Shown here: positions 58,428-64,000 of the stretch, in pieces | Layout: each line of letters starts with the position of its first letter | Numbering within the stretch: position 1 is the stretch's first letter | Source: Mobula hypostoma | Lineage: Eukaryota | DNA length: 64,000 nt | NCBI RefSeq assembly: GCF_963921235.1 | Contig: NC_086100.1 | Location: forward strand, 200,076,001 to 200,140,000 | Direction: 5' to 3' | The notes under the pieces: generated by a model | The model's input: only the letters and a program-made list of their open reading frames with translations | Told to the model about the DNA's origin: nothing | Databases searched by the model: none | Position numbers and translations under genes: made by a program

Positions 58428-60326
58428 AGGGAGGGTGCAGACAGTGGAAAGTTATTGGAAGGGTACTCTGATACTCTGGAGTATGTCTGTATTTCAACAG
58501 GTACAAGTTCTGAAACATTGACCTTATTGAACTCAGCAATGTCACAGCAGCCAGTTGTATCTCCAGCCTTGAACCATTAGATAATGTGAATGTAAGAACT
58601 CCCCCTGGTCCCGAGTGACGAGGATCTTGTTCACTCCCTGCTTCCAGCCTCTCCCACGTACTGAATCTCAGACTCATCTCCTTTAAACTCCACCCTCACC
58701 CCTCTAGGATTGGACTGTTGTATTTTGACTCACATTTAGCTCGACATTTCTACGGTTTTCTGATCACAAAGTGAACTTCACTGGTGAACCCTATTCCCAG
58801 TTAAAGACAACACATGATAGAACATACCAGACGATGACTGCCCAATAACTGTTGTCTTTATTGATCAGGATATGTTCAAGGAGTGATTACACAGTTCAAA
58901 TGTTAACTATTTAGTTACACATCTCTTTAGTTTACTTTCACAACTCCCAAAACCCAGCGCCCCTGTTCAGGTGTTCCCTACCCCAGATGAGCCTGGCCAG
59001 GGTTCACCGTGAGTTCTTCTCCGAGTCCCTGACTCAGGGTCTTCTTCACTGGTTGTCTCCGGAGTCAGTGCTGTCGGTGATCTTGTCCGGCACCTTTTTA
59101 TACATTTCTTCCCAAAGCTCTCAGACATTCACATTTATTTATCAGATCTATATTGAGCATCTTTGTAAAAGACTTTTCCTCAGGGTGAAGTGGCTAATAC
59201 GAGGGGCATAACTTTAAAGTGTTGGGAGGAAAGTACAGGAGAGATTTCAGATGTAAGTTATTTTTACACAGAGAGTAGTGGGTGTGTGGAACACACTCCT
59301 GGGGTGGTGGTAGAGGCAGATACATTGGGGGCATTTAATAGTCTCTTGGGCACATGGGTGATAGGACAGTGGAGGGCTATGTGGGAGGGAGGGGTTAGAT
59401 TGATCTTGGAGTTGTTTAAAGTGTTGGCACAATCTCATGGGGAAAAGGCCTGTACTGTGACACACTGTTCCATGTTCCAATGTTGGAGTTTCAGTTTGTT
59501 CGGATGTTTCAGGATTTCCCAGATTCTGGAATGGACCCAGCTGATTGGAAAACTACAAATGTAAGGATCCCATTTCAGAAAGGACGCAGGTAGAAAGCAG
59601 GAAACTCAGTGTCTTGATGTCTGTCACTGGGTAAATGCTGAACACACACTGAAGGAACGATGACAAGGTATTTAGAAAATCTCACACGGTCAAACAGAGT
59701 CAGTGACAATGAAAGAACTGCAGAGGCTGGAAATCTGGAAATGCTCAGCAGGTCAGGCAGCATCTGAAGGAGGAGAAACAGTGTGTGAGCAGAGTGCTTT
59801 ATTCAATGTGCTGAAGGGAATGAGCTGCCTGCTGAAACTACTCAGTGATGTCTGCTGGGAACACACGGGTCTGCAGTGACTGGAATCTGGGATGAAAAAT
59901 GAGCTGCTGGAACTCAGTGGGTCAGGTCACCAGACCACAGACTCTCTGAACTCCTCCAGAGTGGAGGCAGAGAGAAAACAGTGAGCTACCAAACTGTTAG
60001 CCTGTCACTGGCATTCGGAGAAATGGTGGAATCTATAACGAAGGATGTGATTTCAAGGTCGGTGGGAAATATTAGGAGTGAGTCGAGTCAGCATGGATTA
60101 ATGAAATGGAAGTCACATTTGACTGGTCTTTGGGGGAGTATCGAGTGAAGTCGTTCAGGGGGCACCAGTAGATTTGATGTATTTGGATTTTCAGGAGGTT
60201 ATTGAGAAGGTCTCTCACTGGAGATTGGAGAACAAGTTTAGAGCACATGGAGTTGGGAAGAGAAGACAAGAGCACTTGGAACTGGGAGAGATTTCCAGCA
60301 TGGACTGAACATTGGTTAATGTAGAG
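58428..60326 (-). repeat. Right arm of the inverted segmental duplication (partner 19870-24512)
   Basis: Reverse-complement match to the left arm, without the CR1 and Rex1 insertions found there. Confidence 0.9.
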
Positions 60327-60360
60327 AAAGGAAATGGTAGGAAGGAATGGGTCCTTCTCA

Positions 60361-62349
60361 CATGGACACATTGGTAATACTTTTCCAATGTTCTATAGAT
60401 TCAGTATCAGTTCCTATGGATTGGAGGGTGGCTGATGTCCCTCTCTTCAAGAAGGGAGGAAGAGAGAAAACAGGGAATTATAGACCGGTTAGCCTGACGT
60501 TGGTGGTGGGAAAGATGCTGGAGTCAATTATAAAAGATGAAATTATGACAAATCTGGATAGCAGTAACAGGATCGGTCCGAGTCAGCATGGATTTACCAA
60601 GGGGAAATCATGCTTGACTAATCTTCTGGAATTTTTTGAGGATGTAACTACGAAAATGGACAAGGGAGAGCCAGTGGATGTAGTGTACCTGGACTTTCAG
60701 AAAGCCTTTGATAGAGTTCCACATAGGAGATTAGTGGGCAAAATTAGAGCACATGGTATTGGGGGCAGAGTACTGACATGGATTGAAAATTGGCTGGCTG
60801 ACAGAAAACAAAGAGTAGCGATTAACGGGTCCCTTTTGGAATGGCAGGCGGTGACCAGTGGGGTACCGCAGGGTTCAGTGCTGGGACTGCAGCTGTTTAC
60901 AATATACATTAATGATTTAGATGAGGGAATTAAAAGTAACATTAGTAAATTTGTCGATGACACAAAGCTGGGTGGCAGTGTGAAATGTGGGGAGGATGTT
61001 ATGAGAATGCAGGGTGACTTGGACAGGCTGGGTGAGTGGGCAGATGCATGGCAGATGTGGTTTAATGTGGATAAATGTGAGGTTATCCACTTTGGTGGTA
61101 AGAACAGAAAGGTAGATTATTATCTAAATGGAGTCAAGTTAGGAAAAGGGGAAGCACAACAAGATCTAGTTGTTCTTGTACATCAGTGACTAAAAGCAAG
61201 CATGCAAGTACAGCAGGCAGTGAAGAAAGCTAATGGCATGCTGGCCTTCATAACAAGGGGAATGGAGTATAAAAGCAAAGAGGTCCTTCTGCAGCTGTGC
61301 AGGGTCCTGGTGAGACCACACCTGGAGTACTGTGTGCAGTTTTGGTCTCCAAATTTGAGGAAGGACATTCTTGCTATTGAGGGAGTGCAGTGTAGGTTCA
61401 CAAGGTTAATTCCCGGAATGGTGGGACTGTCATATGTTGATAGATTTGAGCATCTGGGCTTGTATACTCTGGAATTTAGGAGGATGAGAGGGATCTTATT
61501 GAAACATATAAGATTACTTAGGGATTGGACACGCTGGAAGCAGAAAGCATGTTCCTGCTTATGGGTGAGTCCAGAACCAGAGGCCACAGTTTAAGAATAA
61601 GGGGTAGGCCATTTAGAACGGAGTTGAGGAAAAACTTTTTCACCCCGAGAGTGGTGGATATGTGGAATAAGACCATAAGACAAAGGAGCAGAAGTTGGCC
61701 ATTCGGCCCATCGAGTCTGCTCTGCCATTTTATCATGAGCTGATCCATTCTCCCATCTAGTCCCACTCCCCCGCCTTCTCACCATAACCTTTGATGCCCT
61801 GGCTATTCAGATACCTATCGATCTCTGCCTTAAATACACCAATGACTTGGCCTCCACTGCTGCCCGTGGCAACAAATTCCATAGATTCACCACCCTCTGA
61901 CTAAAAAAATTTCTTCGCATTTCTGTTCTGAATGGGCGCCCTTCAATCCTTAAGTCATGCCCTCTCGTACTAGACTCCCCCATCATGGGAAACAACTTTG
62001 CCACATCCACTCTGTCCATGCCTTTCAACATTCGAAATGTTTCTATGAGGTCTCCCCTCATTCTTCTAAACTCCAAAGAATGCAGCCCAAGAGCGGGCAA
62101 ATGTTCCTCATATGTTAACCCTCTTATTCCCGGAATGCTCTGCCCCAGAAGACTGTAGAGGCCAAGTCTCTGGATGCTTTCAAGAAAGAGGTGGATAGAG
62201 CTCTTAAAGATAGCGGAATCAAAGGTTATGGGGATAAGGCAGGAACTGGATACTGATTGTGGATGATCAGCCATGATCACAGTGAATGGTGGTGCTGGCT
62301 CAAAGGGCTGAATGACCTACTCCTGCACCTATTGTCTATTGTCTATTGA
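60361..62349 (+). mobile_element. 5'-truncated CR1 interrupted by an antisense CR1 3' fragment (61669-62131)
   Basis: ORFs 60347-61189 and 61202-61594 (YLDFQKAFD, FVDD). GGAAT occurs at both ends of the inner insert (61664-61668 and 62132-62136). 7-bp (CTATTGT)n tail at about 62328-62348. Confidence 0.88.
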
Positions 62350-62875
62350 CTGGTCTGTAATCCGTGGGGTGTTTCAGACAGGGTTCAGGGCTTGGGTCCC
62401 AGTTATTCACAGTCAGTTACTTGCCTGAGGAGACCAAAAGTTTACCGAAATGGGAAAGTGAGTAGAGATGAGGGGCAAAGAGACTGCAAGGGGATAAAGA
62501 CAATCACTGAGCGGACAACAGCAGGACAGATGGAGCCAGTGTAGAAAATGGGGAGAGAAACAGAAACACTGACCATTGTTTAAATAGTGAGGGACTGGGG
62601 AATGTTCACGTTCACAGGGACCTGGGTGACCTTGTTCACCGGTCACTGGCAGCCAACATGCACAGACTGCAGGCAGGTAAGATGGAAACGTTGGCCTTTA
62701 ATGCAAGGGGATTTGAGGAATGATGACTCACTGTGACTATAGAGAGTCTCTGTGTGACTGCACCCAGGGTACTGGGGAAAGGGTTAGTGTCCTTGTCTGT
62801 AAAAGATGTAACTGGCACAGCGTGAGAGCATCAAAGCTTCATCTGACTGGTTCCTGGGATGGCAGCTCTGACTTA

Positions 62876-63720
62876 CAGTGGAATGCAAAAGTTTGGGCTC
62901 CCCTGGTCAAAATTTCTGTTACTGTGAATAGCTAAGTAAAAGATGACCTGATTTCCAAAAGGCATAAAGTTAAAGATGACACATTTCTTTAATATCTTAA
63001 GTAAGATTATTTTTTTATTCCCATCTTTTACAGTTTCAAAATAACAAAAGTGGAAAAGGGCCAGATGCAAATGTTTGGGCACCTTGCATGGTCAGTACTT
63101 AGTAACACCTCCTTTGCAAGTATCACAGCTTGTAAATGCTTTTTGTAGCCAGCTAAGAGTCTTTCAGTTCTTGTTTGGGGGATTTTCGCCCATTCTTCCT
63201 TGCAAAAGGCCTCTAGTTCTGTGAGATTCTTGGGCTGTCTTGCATGCACTGCTCTTTTGCGGTCTATCCACAGATTTTCGATGATGTTTAGGTCAGGGGA
63301 CTGTGAGGGCCATGGCAAAACCTTCAGCTTGTGCCTCTTGAGGTAGTCCATTGTGGATTTTGAGGTGTGTTTAGGATCATTATCCTGTTGTAGAAGCCAT
63401 CCTCTTTTCATCTTCAGCTTTCTTACAGAAGGTGTGATGTTTGCTTCCAGTATTTGCTGTATTTAATTGAATTCATTCTTCCCTCTACCAGTAAATGTTC
63501 CCCATGCCACTGGCTGCAACACAAGCCCAAAGCATGGTCGATCCACCCCAGTGCGTAACAGTTGGAGAAGTACTCTTTTCATGCACCTTTTTTCCTCCAA
63601 ATATACCTTTGCTCATTGCGGCCAGTAAGTTCAATTTTAACTTAATCAATTAAAGTCTAAACAAGTCTGATGCATTTGGAAACAAGTTCTGTGGACCAAT
63701 GAAGTTAAAATAGAACTTTT
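62876..63720 (-). mobile_element. Tc1-family DNA transposon remnant (DD34E) with one IR/DR-type terminus
   Basis: TA|CAGTGGAATGCAAAAGTTTGGGC terminus, with an internal repeat TGCAAATGTTTGGGC at about 63066. Transposase reads QQDNDPKH...WPSQSPDLNIIE with 34 residues between D and E. Confidence 0.9.
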
Positions 63721-63940
63721 CAGGACCTCTTGCCTTTTCCTACCTATATCATTGGTACCAATATGTACCACAACCTCTGGCTGTTCTCCCTCCCACTGCA
63801 GGATATCTTGGACACGATCTGAAACATCCCGGACCATTGCACCTGGGAGGCAAACTACTGTCTGGGTTTCTTTTCTGCGTCCACAGAATTGCCTCTCTGA
63901 CCCCCTGACAAGAGTTCCCTATCACTACTGCCTTTCTCCT
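63718..63940 (-). mobile_element. CR1 ORF1 esterase fragment
   Basis: VRDVSDRVQDILQWEGEQPEVVVHIGTNDIGRKR. Confidence 0.85.
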
Positions 63941-64000
63941 TTATTGACCATGAGGGCAGGACCATGAACGTAGGAATGAAACATTCCTTCTGCTCTGCTA

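Overview
This is eukaryotic, gene-poor DNA made almost entirely of repeats. The repeat families (CR1, L1, Rex1/Babar, RTE, Penelope-like, Gypsy/Gmr1, hAT, Tc1) suggest a fish, probably a cartilaginous fish; that assignment is inference. Bases 1-11452 are a 45-bp tandem satellite of about 254 units with higher-order block duplications. The rest is a nested pile of transposable elements: two decayed L1s, several Rex1/Babar pieces, three near-identical young CR1 LINEs (two with intact 999-codon ORF2, in inverted orientation), an older CR1 hosting three nested insertions, a two-LTR Gmr1-type retrotransposon (PR-INT-RT order), a solo LTR, a tRNA-derived SINE, and hAT and Tc1 remnants. No host protein-coding gene could be supported. 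The most interesting signals are: (1) a U_UUA_AAC slippery heptamer immediately before the ORF1 stop, with an AUG-less ORF2 in the -1 frame, conserved across two diverged CR1 subfamilies (candidate programmed -1 frameshift); (2) short TSD-flanked fold-back elements carrying two inverted minimal hammerhead ribozymes; (3) an inverted segmental duplication with arms about 34 kb apart; (4) a templated fold-back insertion inside an L1; (5) an intron-like and open-frame grammar in the satellite monomer. All coordinates were read by eye, and the edges of degenerate elements are approximate.
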